64,000 nucleotides of DNA from Bacteroidota bacterium (GTDB taxonomy: Bacteria > Bacteroidota > Bacteroidia > Bacteroidales > GCA-2748055), in assembly GCA_049325415.1 (NCBI GenBank), contig JBMOLL010000015.1:14923-78922 (forward strand), written 5' to 3'. A model generated the notes under the pieces. The model ran no database searches. It saw nothing but the letters and a program-made list of their open reading frames with translations, and was not told the origin of the DNA. Both the position numbers and the translations under genes were made by a program. How positions within the stretch are numbered: position 1 is the first letter of the stretch; every line of letters begins with the position of its first letter. Positions 38,353-47,962 of the stretch are shown one piece after another.

Positions 38353-39927
38353 TTACCCTTTCTTCTTAATCCTGATAACCTGACCGGGTTTTATGCTATT
38401 ACTGTTATTTATATTGTTCAGACGGGCAATATCGGTGTCGGATACGCCCGGAAATTTCTGTGCAATGGCCCAGAGCGTGTCTCCCGATTTTACGGTGTAG
38501 GTGATATACTCCCCGGTACTGCTTCCTGTCGTTTGCGGCGGGGCGGCAGTGACCGGTGCCGCTGCGGTGGTGGTCCGACCGGCCATTTTCTGCTTTTCAG
38601 TGAAACTCATGGCGTTAATATCGCGGTATTTTGCCGAAGAGCCCTTGGGTTTGTAAACCACCAGTTTCTGACCGCTCCGGATCATATTCCGGCTGATATT
38701 GTTCCAGTATTGCAGGTCGGATACTCTCACATCGTACCAATCGGCAATATAACCCAGGTTATCACCCGATTTCACGGTATAATACAGTTTGTCGTATTTG
38801 CTGTCGGGCAGCTCGACTTTATAGTCGGCCGTATAATGCTGCGGGGTGGCACTCAGTTTGTCCTTGTTAAAGAAGACGGAATCCTTGTAAGAGAAGATCG
38901 AGTCCTGCAGATCGATAAAGGCCGTGGCCATCGACTGCGGTACTTTGAGTGCATAGGGCTGTTTTGCAGTGGCCGGAACAATGTCGTAACGGTACTGGGG
39001 ATTCAGGTCGCGCAGCTGATCTACCGGCAGGCCCATCACTTCAGCCACCTGTTTGAGGTGCAGCTGCTCCCTGATCACGATGGTATCGCAGTACAGAGGC
39101 AGGTTAACAGGGATTTTGCTCAGGTTGTGTTCCTGGTAGTAATTCATGGTATAGGTTGCTGCGATGAAGGCCGGGACGTAGCCGCGGGTTTCCCTGGGCA
39201 GGTAGTAATAGATATCCCAGAAGTTCCTTTTCCCTCCCGAGCGGCGGATGGCCTTGTTCACGTTCCCCGGCCCGCAGTTATAGGCAGCGAGTGCGAGGGT
39301 CCAGTCGTTGTACATCCCGTAGAGATCCCTAAGAAAACGCGCCGCAGCATCGGTGGAGCGGATCGGATCGCGGCGTTCATCGACCAGCGAGTTAATATTA
39401 AGTCCATATACCCTGGCTGTCCCGTACATAAACTGCCAGAGGCCCACGGCACGGGCGCGTGATACGGCGTTGGGATTGAGGGCCGATTCGATTATGGCCA
39501 GGTATTTCAGTTCATAGGGGATGCCGTAGTAATCAAAAACCTCCTCGAAATAGGGGAAGTAGAGATCGGCGAGGCCCAGCATGATCTTAACCTGCTCCCT
39601 CCTTTTCTTGGTATAGACGTTGATATAGTTCTTCACTAACCGGTTGTAGGTGAGGTCGATCACCGAGGGGATGGCAGCCAGACGTTCGATGTAGACAGAG
39701 TCGGGAAAATCGGGGACAACGGTATCGGCCGGCAGCTGGCCATCGTCGATCATTTCTTCGAGCGACTGGTTAACATACCAGCTGTTCAACAGGCTGTCGA
39801 GGTTACTCTCAAAGCCTGTATTTGCGGGCTCTCCGGCAAAAAGCGAATCGGCTATAAAAATCGTATCCTGCCCTTCAGCAATTGCCGGCAGTAGCGCCAG
39901 GGCACACCACAACATCCATCTTCTCAT
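38353..39927 (-). CDS. Lytic murein transglycosylase with C-terminal LysM repeats (MltD-like)
   Basis: 524-aa ORF with a signal peptide and the SLT motif LAIIESALNPNAVSRARAVGLWQFM. Three LysM-like repeats are present (YTVKSGDNLGYIADWY, and YTVKSGDTLWAIAQKF among them). Confidence 0.88.
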   Translation of the reverse strand: MRRWMLWCALALLPAIAEGQDTIFIADSLFAGEPANTGFESNLDSLLNSWYVNQSLEEMIDDGQLPADTVVPDFPDSVYIERLAAIPSVIDLTYNRLVKNYINVYTKKRREQVKIMLGLADLYFPYFEEVFDYYGIPYELKYLAIIESALNPNAVSRARAVGLWQFMYGTARVYGLNINSLVDERRDPIRSTDAAARFLRDLYGMYNDWTLALAAYNCGPGNVNKAIRRSGGKRNFWDIYYYLPRETRGYVPAFIAATYTMNYYQEHNLSKIPVNLPLYCDTIVIREQLHLKQVAEVMGLPVDQLRDLNPQYRYDIVPATAKQPYALKVPQSMATAFIDLQDSIFSYKDSVFFNKDKLSATPQHYTADYKVELPDSKYDKLYYTVKSGDNLGYIADWYDVRVSDLQYWNNISRNMIRSGQKLVVYKPKGSSAKYRDINAMSFTEKQKMAGRTTTAAAPVTAAPPQTTGSSTGEYITYTVKSGDTLWAIAQKFPGVSDTDIARLNNINNSNSIKPGQVIRIKKKG

Positions 39928-39943
39928 CCTGAACTGACTAATT

Positions 39944-40528
39944 TTAAAATGAAAAACTGCAAGTTAAACCAAAAGTACCCGAATTTGCAATACCCAGGGC
40001 ATTTATCGGGCTCACCGTGGGGATAACCCGGAGGGAAAGATCCCTGCTGACATCCCAGTTAAAAAGCTGCGCATCGACATAGGCGTCGATCACCTGGAGC
40101 CCGTAAACGGCTACTGTGGCCAGATAGCTGATTTCCAGGTTCCTCCTCCAGTATTCGAGATACGATTTGTTACGTTCGGACTGGTCGGACTGATAAGCTT
40201 TTACGGATTCGAGGTACCATTTATGATTATACCAGATGGCATAACCGGCCCCTCCGAATGCGGCATAAACGACGGGGATTTTATAATATTTTTTATTGTA
40301 GGCCTGACCGAGGCCGGGTAGAACAAGGGCATACATGGTGGCTTTGATCGGGGAATGGGCTTTGACCTCCTCCGGTTTTTCGGGCAGCAACAGCGCTGCT
40401 GTATCCTGTATCGCAGGTTCCTGTGCTATCAGGCAGGCTGCGGGTAATACAAAAAGGAGAACTACTGCCGCAATCCTCCCCTTCAATGATTTTCCTGTAT
40501 GTTGCGTATGCCAAATATGACGAGTCAT
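39944..40528 (-). CDS. DUF5683 domain protein
   Basis: 194-aa ORF with LPGLGQAYNKKYYKIPVVY. It overlaps the parB stop by 4 bp, which is a conserved Bacteroidota arrangement. Confidence 0.7.
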   Translation of the reverse strand: MTRHIWHTQHTGKSLKGRIAAVVLLFVLPAACLIAQEPAIQDTAALLLPEKPEEVKAHSPIKATMYALVLPGLGQAYNKKYYKIPVVYAAFGGAGYAIWYNHKWYLESVKAYQSDQSERNKSYLEYWRRNLEISYLATVAVYGLQVIDAYVDAQLFNWDVSRDLSLRVIPTVSPINALGIANSGTFGLTCSFSF

Positions 40529-41403
40529 GTACCCGGTTTATCAAGAACGCTGACAATCCTCTGCAGATCGTCATCCGATTTGAATGGTATAACGATCCGG
40601 CCGTTGCCTTTATTATTCCTTTTAAACTCTACGGATACGCCAAAATGGTGGGAAAGGTGTTCACGAAGCTGTTCATACTCCGGGTTGGCTTCTACGGGTT
40701 CGTTCTCTTCTTCGTGGGTTCCTTCCTTGATCTTCTGCACGAGTTTTTCCACTGCCCTGACCGAAAGGTCCTGTGCCACGGTCTTTTCAAAGATCTCCAC
40801 CTGCTGTTCGGGCGCTTCAATCCCAAGCAGGGCGCGGGCATGTCCCATCCCGATCTGTTTCTCGCGGATCCCGGCCTGAATTTCGGCGGGAAGTTTAAGA
40901 AGCCGGAGATAATTGGTCACGGTGGCTCTTTTCTTACCGACCCTGTCGCCCAGGTTTTCCTGAGTAAGGTTACATTCGTCGATGAGCCGCTGGTAGGAAA
41001 TGGCTACCTCAATGGCATCCAGATCCTCCCGCTGAATATTCTCCACCAGCGCGAGCTCGAGCATATTCTCATCCTCAGCTTTCCGGACGAAGGCCGGGAT
41101 CATTTTAAGTCCGGCCTTGAATGCGGCCCTGTATCGTCTTTCCCCGGTGATCAGCTGGTATCTCCCTTCATCGACGCGACGTACCGTGATGGGCTGAATG
41201 ATCCCGTGTTCACGGATGGAGAGCACCAGTTCCTCCAGCGACTGTTCGTCGAAATAGGTCCTGGGCTGGAACGGGTTGGTTTCAATCTGTTTGAGCGGTA
41301 TCTCGTTCACCGATGCCACGGAACGGATCAGCTCCTTGTCAGCGCTATCCGAAACATCGATCAGTGCACCGAGACCTCTGCCTAAAGCATTTTTTTGTGC
41401 CAT
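40525..41403 (-). CDS. parB: Chromosome partitioning protein ParB
   Basis: 292-aa ORF with LGRGLGALI, the ParB box QPITVRR...YQLITGERRYRA and an HTH region. Confidence 0.95.
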   Translation of the reverse strand: MAQKNALGRGLGALIDVSDSADKELIRSVASVNEIPLKQIETNPFQPRTYFDEQSLEELVLSIREHGIIQPITVRRVDEGRYQLITGERRYRAAFKAGLKMIPAFVRKAEDENMLELALVENIQREDLDAIEVAISYQRLIDECNLTQENLGDRVGKKRATVTNYLRLLKLPAEIQAGIREKQIGMGHARALLGIEAPEQQVEIFEKTVAQDLSVRAVEKLVQKIKEGTHEEENEPVEANPEYEQLREHLSHHFGVSVEFKRNNKGNGRIVIPFKSDDDLQRIVSVLDKPGT

Positions 41404-41411
41404 ATCTTCCT

Positions 41412-42212
41412 TTATTCAATTATTTTCTCATTTTCCCGCAGCCTTGTGGCTTCGTTTTTCTGCAGGACTTCCCTGGCCAGGTTCAGGTAATTGACCGATC
41501 CCTTTGATTCCGCATCATAGAGAATGGCCGGCTTCCCGAAACTGGGTGCCTCACTCAACTTGATATTGCGTTGCACAATTGTTTCAAAAACCATCTGCTG
41601 GAAATGTTTCTTAACCTCTTCAACCACCTGGTTGGAAAGCCTCAGGCGGGCATCATACATCGTGAGCAGGAAGCCTTCAATTTCCAGTTCCTTGTTCAGT
41701 CCGCGCTGAATGATGTTAATGGTATTCAGTAGCTTGCCAAGCCCTTCCAGTGCAAAATATTCGCACTGCACGGGGATAAGCACGGAATCGGCCGCCGAAA
41801 GGGCGTTTACCGTGATCAGGCCGAGCGAGGGGGAACAGTCGATCAGGATGTATTCATACCGGCTGCTGATCTGCTCAACCACTTTCTTCAGGATAAATTC
41901 CCGCTCCGGCATGTTCAGCATTTCGATCTCCGCCCCAACCAGATCAATGTGCGAAGGGATCAGATCCAGCCCTTTGATCTCGGTATTGAGAATGATCTTG
42001 TTCGGATCGGCTCCGTCGATCAGGCACTCATAAATGCTCGTATTGATCTTCTTCAGATCAAAACCCATCCCCGATGTGGCATTCGCCTGCGGATCAGCAT
42101 CTATGATCAGTACACTTTTCTCCAATACGGCGAGACTGGCACCCAGGTTAATGGCCGTAGTGGTTTTGCCTACTCCACCCTTTTGGTTTGCCAGCGCGAT
42201 AACTTTACCCAT
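41412..42212 (-). CDS. parA: Chromosome partitioning ATPase ParA/Soj
   Basis: 266-aa ORF with the deviant Walker A NQKGGVGKTT. Confidence 0.95.
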   Translation of the reverse strand: MGKVIALANQKGGVGKTTTAINLGASLAVLEKSVLIIDADPQANATSGMGFDLKKINTSIYECLIDGADPNKIILNTEIKGLDLIPSHIDLVGAEIEMLNMPEREFILKKVVEQISSRYEYILIDCSPSLGLITVNALSAADSVLIPVQCEYFALEGLGKLLNTINIIQRGLNKELEIEGFLLTMYDARLRLSNQVVEEVKKHFQQMVFETIVQRNIKLSEAPSFGKPAILYDAESKGSVNYLNLAREVLQKNEATRLRENEKIIE

Positions 42213-42257
42213 CTTTATGCTGTTTTGAATTTGAGATTGATTTGCTGAAACGGATCA

Positions 42258-42265
42258 CAAATTTA
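42258..42265 (-). promoter_or_regulatory. Candidate -7 promoter box (TAAATTTG) for parA
   Basis: The minus strand reads TAAATTTG about 46 nt upstream of the parA ATG. Confidence 0.4.
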
Positions 42266-42644
42266 CACTTTTCGACCTGCTCACCGGGCTTTGAAACATC
42301 CTTATTGTAAACAATCAATTTTCAACTTATTAACACCTTATTAACAGGTTTTCCTACTGATTGTTAACATGTTCAACCTGTGTGCCTTGACCCTGTTCCG
42401 GGTTCTCTCCCGACCCTCAAAGATAGAATTTCAATTGAACAAAGTGAGTAAAAAAAAGAAAAAAGATCGGGCCGGCCCCGGGGGCTGAAGGCAGGATTGC
42501 CTGTGCTGCATCTCCTCCTGGCAGCAAAGTCTGCAACTAAAGAAAAACAGCGGAACTTTTTGGGAATTTTATTGTTATCTTCCTGTCCCGCATCCGTTTA
42601 GATGCATCACAGACACGAAATAAACATACTGTCATATTTTAATG

Positions 42645-42652
42645 TATCTTTG
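42645..42652 (+). promoter_or_regulatory. Candidate -7 promoter box (TATCTTTG) for the lipid kinase gene
   Basis: Exact TAnnTTTG match 17 nt upstream of the ATG at 42669. Confidence 0.4.
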
Positions 42653-42668
42653 AGCCGGAAAAACAGAG

Positions 42669-43610
42669 ATGAAGAATAATCGTTGGTTAATCGTTGTGAA
42701 TCAGGCTGCCGGAGCCGGCAAAGCCGGAGCCGACTGGCCGGGGATCGCTTCCCTGCTGGAGAAACATAATTTCCAGTTTGATGCGGTAATGACCCAGCGG
42801 CGGTTGCATGCCATGGCGCTGACACGCCGTTTGATTGAAGAAAAAGGGTATAACCGGATCATCGTGGTAGGTGGCGACGGTACCATGAACGAAGTGATCA
42901 ACGGGGTCTTTGCCCAGAAAAAGTTTCAGACCACGGAGATCATGCTGGGTATGATCTCGGTTGGCACAGGGAACGACTGGGCCAGGATGTTCAATCTGCC
43001 GAGGGATTACGAATCGGCCATCATCACGATCAGCCAGCAAAAGACCTTTGTCCAGGATGCCGGCCTGGTTACCTACACCCGTTCCGATAAGACCTGGCAT
43101 CGCTATTTCATCAACATCGCCGGGATGGGTTTTGGCGCCAAGGTGGTCGACAGAACCAACCAGCTCAAGCAAAAGGGGAAAAGCAGCCCCTCCCTGTATC
43201 TTCTCAATATCTTCACCAGCCTGCTCAACTACCGTTCGGTGAAAACATCGATTCAGATCGACGGGGAAAAATATTACCGGGATGTATTCAGCTTCAATGT
43301 GGGGATCTGTAAATACAACGGCGGCGGGATGATCCAGGTACCCGATGCCATACCCGATGACGGACTGTTCAATATGACCCTGATCCGGAAAATGGGCAAA
43401 CTGAATATCATTGCGAATATCAAGAAATTGTATAACGGAACGATCACCCGGCATTCGAAGGTGGAAACCTGGATTGGCAAATCGGTGATAGTGGACGGTC
43501 CCAAAAAGATCCACCTGGAGACCGACGGGGAAACACTCGGCCATTCTCCAATGGAATTCCGTATTATTCCGCGCAGTGTAAAAGTGATTTCAGGGAACCT
43601 CTCTGCCTGA
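42669..43610 (+). CDS. Diacylglycerol/lipid kinase family protein (YegS-like)
   Basis: 313-aa ORF with the DAGK catalytic motif IIVVGGDGTMNEVING. Confidence 0.85.
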   Translation: MKNNRWLIVVNQAAGAGKAGADWPGIASLLEKHNFQFDAVMTQRRLHAMALTRRLIEEKGYNRIIVVGGDGTMNEVINGVFAQKKFQTTEIMLGMISVGTGNDWARMFNLPRDYESAIITISQQKTFVQDAGLVTYTRSDKTWHRYFINIAGMGFGAKVVDRTNQLKQKGKSSPSLYLLNIFTSLLNYRSVKTSIQIDGEKYYRDVFSFNVGICKYNGGGMIQVPDAIPDDGLFNMTLIRKMGKLNIIANIKKLYNGTITRHSKVETWIGKSVIVDGPKKIHLETDGETLGHSPMEFRIIPRSVKVISGNLSA

Positions 43611-44702
43611 TCATTCGCCGATCCTTACCAGTTCAATCTGATACATTTTCGGCCAGTATTTTCCGGTCACAAAAAGTCTTTTTCCCTCCCTGTCCCAGGC
43701 AATGCCGTTCAGAACATTGGTATTGGGTTTCCGTTCGCTGACCGGGAGGATCCCTTTCAGATTGGCCCTTCCCTCCACCTTGCCCGTCCGGGGATCGATG
43801 ATGTAAATATCGTCGGTGTAGTAGCGGTTGGCGTAGATCTTTCCGTTGATGTATTCCAGTTCGTTGAGACTGTCGACCGGCCCGTTGTGGTCATAGACCT
43901 CTATTTGCCTGGTTACGGTAAACGATTCAGGTTCAATGAAGTAGAGTATATTTGTTCCATCGCTCATAATTAGTTCACTGCCGTTATTCGTCAGGCCCCA
44001 GCCCTCCTTGTTCTGGTAGTACACTTTCTGGATCTGCTCGAAGGTCTTGCGGTCGTAAACGAAACCCACCTGCGACAGGTAGGTGATCTGGTAGATCCGG
44101 TCGCCAAAAAGTGTGATCCCCTCCCCAAAAAACTGACTGGAAAGATCCCTGATCTGAACAACTTTTCCGTCTCCCGGAGAGACCCTTCTCAGTGATGATT
44201 CGCCTTTCTGGCCGGTACCCTCGTAAAACCACCCGTCGACATATTCAAGGCCCTGGGTGTAAGCGCCCGCATCGTGCGGGAAGCTGTTCAGTACCCGGTA
44301 GGTATAGCCGACCGGTTGAATATCGGAGAGCAGGGCAAACTGCACACTGTGATTTTCCCTTTTTCCATCGGAAAGAGATACGGCCACGCGCAGGGCTTTT
44401 CGACCGGGATTCATGCCGGACGTAGGGATCCGGAACTCGCGGGTATCCCCCGGGAAAACCATCCGTTTGCCCTCAAAAAATACTTCCGTGGAATCGACGT
44501 GTACCGAGTCGGCAATTGTAAGCAACACCGGAACGGGCTCACCAGTAATGAGCCTGACGCCGTTCTCCGGTGATTTCAGTGCTGTCAGCTTTTGTACAGG
44601 CACCTCCACCTCTTCCGTACCTGCTATCCTGTTTCCGTTATTGCCGCAGGCTGTGAGCAGGAGCGCTGCGACTGCAATCAGACTGTAAAGTGGAACTCTC
44701 AT
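43611..44702 (-). CDS. Glutaminyl-peptide cyclotransferase-like lipoprotein (beta-propeller type) with N-terminal extra domain
   Basis: 363-aa ORF with lipobox LLLTAC. The C-terminal ~240 aa read YRVLNSFPHDAGAYTQGLEY...GEGITLFGDRIYQITYL, typical of bacterial/plant-type QC. Confidence 0.7.
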   Translation of the reverse strand: MRVPLYSLIAVAALLLTACGNNGNRIAGTEEVEVPVQKLTALKSPENGVRLITGEPVPVLLTIADSVHVDSTEVFFEGKRMVFPGDTREFRIPTSGMNPGRKALRVAVSLSDGKRENHSVQFALLSDIQPVGYTYRVLNSFPHDAGAYTQGLEYVDGWFYEGTGQKGESSLRRVSPGDGKVVQIRDLSSQFFGEGITLFGDRIYQITYLSQVGFVYDRKTFEQIQKVYYQNKEGWGLTNNGSELIMSDGTNILYFIEPESFTVTRQIEVYDHNGPVDSLNELEYINGKIYANRYYTDDIYIIDPRTGKVEGRANLKGILPVSERKPNTNVLNGIAWDREGKRLFVTGKYWPKMYQIELVRIGE

Positions 44703-44710
44703 AGAATTCG

Positions 44711-45124
44711 TTATTTTCCAAATAGACGTCCAAGGCCCTTATTGCGGGGCAGCCTTTTCAATTCATCCTTAAGGTTGGGCACCTCATCCGGGTGGATCAT
44801 GTGCCAGATCTCGCCCCAGCCGGGAAATCCGCCCACGTTCCTGTCGTCGATAAAAAGATCGGCATGGATCTTTCGCGGTGTGTTTTCCGGTTCAAATACC
44901 TCTTCAGGGTAGCTCCTGTTGACGGCATAAAACTCCACCCCGTTCTTCCGGCAGTATTCCACGGCCTCCTCCAGTTCCTTCCCTGTACGGAGTGTCCAGA
45001 GGATCAGCTGATGGTGTCGCCGCTGCAGGGCTTTCAGTGTCTCGAAGGCAAAGGTGATCTCTTTCCCTATCGCGGGGTAACGATGTTCAACGATTGTTCC
45101 ATCGAAATCAACTGCAATGATCAT
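44711..45124 (-). CDS. Small HAD-superfamily-like hydrolase
   Basis: 137-aa ORF with N-terminal motif I, IIAVDFDGTI. Confidence 0.5.
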   Translation of the reverse strand: MIIAVDFDGTIVEHRYPAIGKEITFAFETLKALQRRHHQLILWTLRTGKELEEAVEYCRKNGVEFYAVNRSYPEEVFEPENTPRKIHADLFIDDRNVGGFPGWGEIWHMIHPDEVPNLKDELKRLPRNKGLGRLFGK

Positions 45125-45174
45125 TTTTTACGGGCTATTATGGGATTTGACGGGTCAAAAATACCAAAAACGAA

Positions 45175-46086
45175 TTAAAACAGGTCATTCACTGATAAAT
45201 ATCTTTCCCCGGTATCGTAACAGAAGGTCAGTATCCTGGCTCCCGGTTCGAGGTCCGGAATGAGTTTTCCGACAGCCGCCAGAGAAGCTCCGGAGGATAT
45301 CCCCACGAAGAGTCCTTCTTCCGAGGCTGCCCTCCTGGCATAGAGATAGGCTTCATCCTTTTCCACGTTTATCGTACTATCGATCAGGGAGGTATTCAGG
45401 TTCCGGGGGATAAAACCGGCACCGATTCCCATGAGCGGGTGCGGTCCGGGGCTCCCTCCCCCGATTACCGGGGATAGTGCCGGTTCGACGGCCCATACCT
45501 TCATCCGGGGAAACTTTTCCTTCAGGATCTGCGCCACACCGGTCAAATGTCCGCCGGTACCGACCCCGGTGACCAGGTGGTCGAAACCATCGGGAAAGTC
45601 GTTCAGGATCTCCAGCGCTGTGGTTCGCATATGCACTTCAGGATTGGCCGGGTTTTCAAACTGGGAAGGCATCCAGCTCCCTTCATTCTCGTTCAGGAGT
45701 TCCAGCGCTCTGCTGATCGATCCTTTCATACCCTGCTCCCGGGGAGTAAGTTCTATTTCCGCACCGTAAGCTTTAACAACGGCCCGTCGCTCGACCGACA
45801 TCGACTCGGGCATAACGAGGATCAGCCGGTAACCCCTAACTGCGGCGACCATGGCCAATCCGATCCCTGTGTTGCCGGAGGTCGGTTCAATAATCAGCCC
45901 TCCCTTTTTCAGCAGTCCCTTTCGCTCCGCCTCATTCACCATGGCCAGTGCAATCCGGTCCTTGATACTGCCTCCGGGATTTGTTTTCTCCAGCTTTACC
46001 CACACCTCCTGACTACCGGGATAAAGCCTGTTAATACGGATATGAGGTGTGTTCCCTATTGTTTCCAGAATATTGTCAGCTTTCAT
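45175..46086 (-). CDS. cysK: Cysteine synthase A (O-acetylserine sulfhydrylase)
   Basis: 303-aa ORF with the PLP-Lys region NPGGSIKDR and the loop [11 protein letters not shown]. Confidence 0.93.
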   Translation of the reverse strand: MKADNILETIGNTPHIRINRLYPGSQEVWVKLEKTNPGGSIKDRIALAMVNEAERKGLLKKGGLIIEPTSGNTGIGLAMVAAVRGYRLILVMPESMSVERRAVVKAYGAEIELTPREQGMKGSISRALELLNENEGSWMPSQFENPANPEVHMRTTALEILNDFPDGFDHLVTGVGTGGHLTGVAQILKEKFPRMKVWAVEPALSPVIGGGSPGPHPLMGIGAGFIPRNLNTSLIDSTINVEKDEAYLYARRAASEEGLFVGISSGASLAAVGKLIPDLEPGARILTFCYDTGERYLSVNDLF

Positions 46087-46130
46087 TTTCTTTCAGTTTT
46101 TGTTTGTTTCCGGTTCAGCAGTAGCCTTTA

Positions 46131-46970
46131 CTAAATCACAAAATCAATGGCTTCCTTCAGGTCCCTGCTGTCTTTGACAATAACCCGGTGCTGCCTGAAC
46201 ACGACCGAATGGGGCAGGATGCTTTCGGTGATCCATGTATTGCCTCCCACGACCGTATCGTGACCGATTACGGTTTTGCCGCCAAGGATGGTGCTTCCCG
46301 CGTAGATCACCACGTTATCCCCGATGGTTGGATGCCGTTTGGTATTGGCCAGGCTTTTTTCCACGGAGAGTGCACCAATCGTCACGCCCTGATAGATCCT
46401 GACACCGTTCCCGATCTCGGCAGTCTCCCCGATAACTATTCCGGTGCCGTGATCAATGAAAAAGGGAGTTCCGATCTTTGCACCGGGATGAATATCGATC
46501 CCGGTCTTGCTGTGCACATACTCCATCATTACCCTCGGCAATACCGGTACCTTCATTTCGTAGAGGAGGTGAGCCAGCCGGTACACAGCAATGCAGTAAA
46601 AGCCCGGATAGCAGAGTATGATTTCCTCGACGCAACTGGCTGCGGGGTCGTAACGTGCAATGGCTTCCGCATCGGAGAGCAGGACCCTGTAGGTCTCCGG
46701 CAGCTTTTCGAAAAACTGCCGGCCAAGGTCTTCCGGGGATTCCCTCAATGAAACCCTGATGGAATAGAGCAGGTCTTTCAGCCGGAGAGAACAATTCTCC
46801 AGCCCGGCTTCGATCTCTTCGCGGGAAATCCGGTAATTTGTTTTTATGGGGAAAAGGGTGGCTATGAGCGCATCAACAAATTCATGGGTTCCGACCATGG
46901 AGGGAACTTCCATGCAATACGCGTTATTGATCTTGCTCAGGTAGGATGAAAAATCGCTGAGTGAGTTCAT
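46131..46970 (-). CDS. cysE: Serine O-acetyltransferase
   Basis: 279-aa ORF with the left-handed beta-helix hexapeptide region DIHPGAKIGTPFFIDHGTGIVIGETAEIG. It is adjacent to cysK. Confidence 0.88.
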   Translation of the reverse strand: MNSLSDFSSYLSKINNAYCMEVPSMVGTHEFVDALIATLFPIKTNYRISREEIEAGLENCSLRLKDLLYSIRVSLRESPEDLGRQFFEKLPETYRVLLSDAEAIARYDPAASCVEEIILCYPGFYCIAVYRLAHLLYEMKVPVLPRVMMEYVHSKTGIDIHPGAKIGTPFFIDHGTGIVIGETAEIGNGVRIYQGVTIGALSVEKSLANTKRHPTIGDNVVIYAGSTILGGKTVIGHDTVVGGNTWITESILPHSVVFRQHRVIVKDSRDLKEAIDFVI

Positions 46971-47042
46971 TTGCTCCTGGTTATTGGTAAAAGACGGTCA
47001 TCAACTGAGTGGTCTCAGCTACCGTGCAGAATATCTTATTAA

Positions 47043-47765
47043 CTACCTTCCGGCAAAAAAGTTTACAAAGGAGAGCAGGATGTAACAGAGGATAATTACC
47101 GGAAAGGCCTGTAACCCGCCGGCTATTAGAAGGATAAGGGCCAGCAGGAGGAAAAAGTAACGAATGAAGTTTTCTTTCAGCCGGAAATTCCTGAATTTAA
47201 GCGAAAACATGGGAACCGGCAGGATCATAAGGACCGTCAGGAGGACCTGAACGATCAGCAGGAACCAGATAAAATCGGGGTGATCGTAAAGCTGACCGTT
47301 TTTCATCACCTCGGCATAGATGCCGGCCCAGAACAGGGTATTGGCCGGTGTGGCGAGACCGGAAAAGATACCGTCGCCCTGGTCGTAAAGATTAAAACGT
47401 GCCAGACGTATAGCTGCTGCTGCAGGGATCATGAGCACACTGAGTCCGATCAGGTCGCGGATCAGTGGTGCAGCAAGGATCCGGCTTCCTTGATCAAGAG
47501 TGAAGCCGAAGCGATACACCTGGTAAAGCAGGAAAGCCGGAAGAACACCGAAAGAAACCATGTCGGACAGTGAATCCAGCTGTTTGCCGATGGGTGATCC
47601 TGCCTTAAGCACCCTCGCTGCCATCCCGTCGAGAAAGTCAAAGACAGCAGCGGCAAGAATTAGGGCCAGGGTAATTTTCCATTCTCCCTGCGTACTGAAC
47701 CAGATGGCCAGAACGCCGGCCATCAGGTTCAGCAGGGTGATAAAGTTCGGGATGTGCTTTTTCAT
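47043..47765 (-). CDS. pssA: CDP-alcohol phosphatidyltransferase, probable phosphatidylserine synthase
   Basis: 240-aa polytopic ORF. DFLDGMAARVLKAGSPIGKQLDSLSDMV matches DGx2ARx8Gx3Dx3D. Confidence 0.75.
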   Translation of the reverse strand: MKKHIPNFITLLNLMAGVLAIWFSTQGEWKITLALILAAAVFDFLDGMAARVLKAGSPIGKQLDSLSDMVSFGVLPAFLLYQVYRFGFTLDQGSRILAAPLIRDLIGLSVLMIPAAAAIRLARFNLYDQGDGIFSGLATPANTLFWAGIYAEVMKNGQLYDHPDFIWFLLIVQVLLTVLMILPVPMFSLKFRNFRLKENFIRYFFLLLALILLIAGGLQAFPVIILCYILLSFVNFFAGR

Positions 47766-47822
47766 TCTGCTAAGTTAGCAAGAAGTCCACTCCCGTCAAA
47801 ACCGGCAGTTAAAGGGACTGGT

Positions 47823-47951
47823 TCAGCCCTGTTCTCCCGACTCTTCCAGTTTTTTGTTAAAGATCCTCAGAGCAAGCTTTACCAGCTGGTAGCTCACGAT
47901 AATCATAAACGGCCAGGAGAGGTAGCCAAGTACGGACATTATATAGTTCAT
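47823..47951 (-). CDS. Unlisted 42-codon single-TM ORF directly downstream of cydB (candidate CydX/CydS-like small subunit)
   Basis: My hand translation is MNYIMSVLGYLSWPFMIIVSYQLVKLALRIFNKKLEESGEQG*. The ATG lies 11 nt after the cydB stop on the same strand. It has a hydrophobic core followed by a basic/acidic tail. It is below the ORF-track length cut-off. Confidence 0.5.
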   Translation of the reverse strand: MNYIMSVLGYLSWPFMIIVSYQLVKLALRIFNKKLEESGEQG

Positions 47952-47962
47952 TTTCCTATTTT

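Noticed and set aside
41404-42668. parS site or oriC adjacent to parAB.
   Set aside because: I found no match to TGTTTCACGTGAAACA. The best partial matches are TTGAAACA at about 42290 and 11/16 at about 28500. There are no clustered TTATCCACA DnaA boxes and no dnaA or dnaN in the window.
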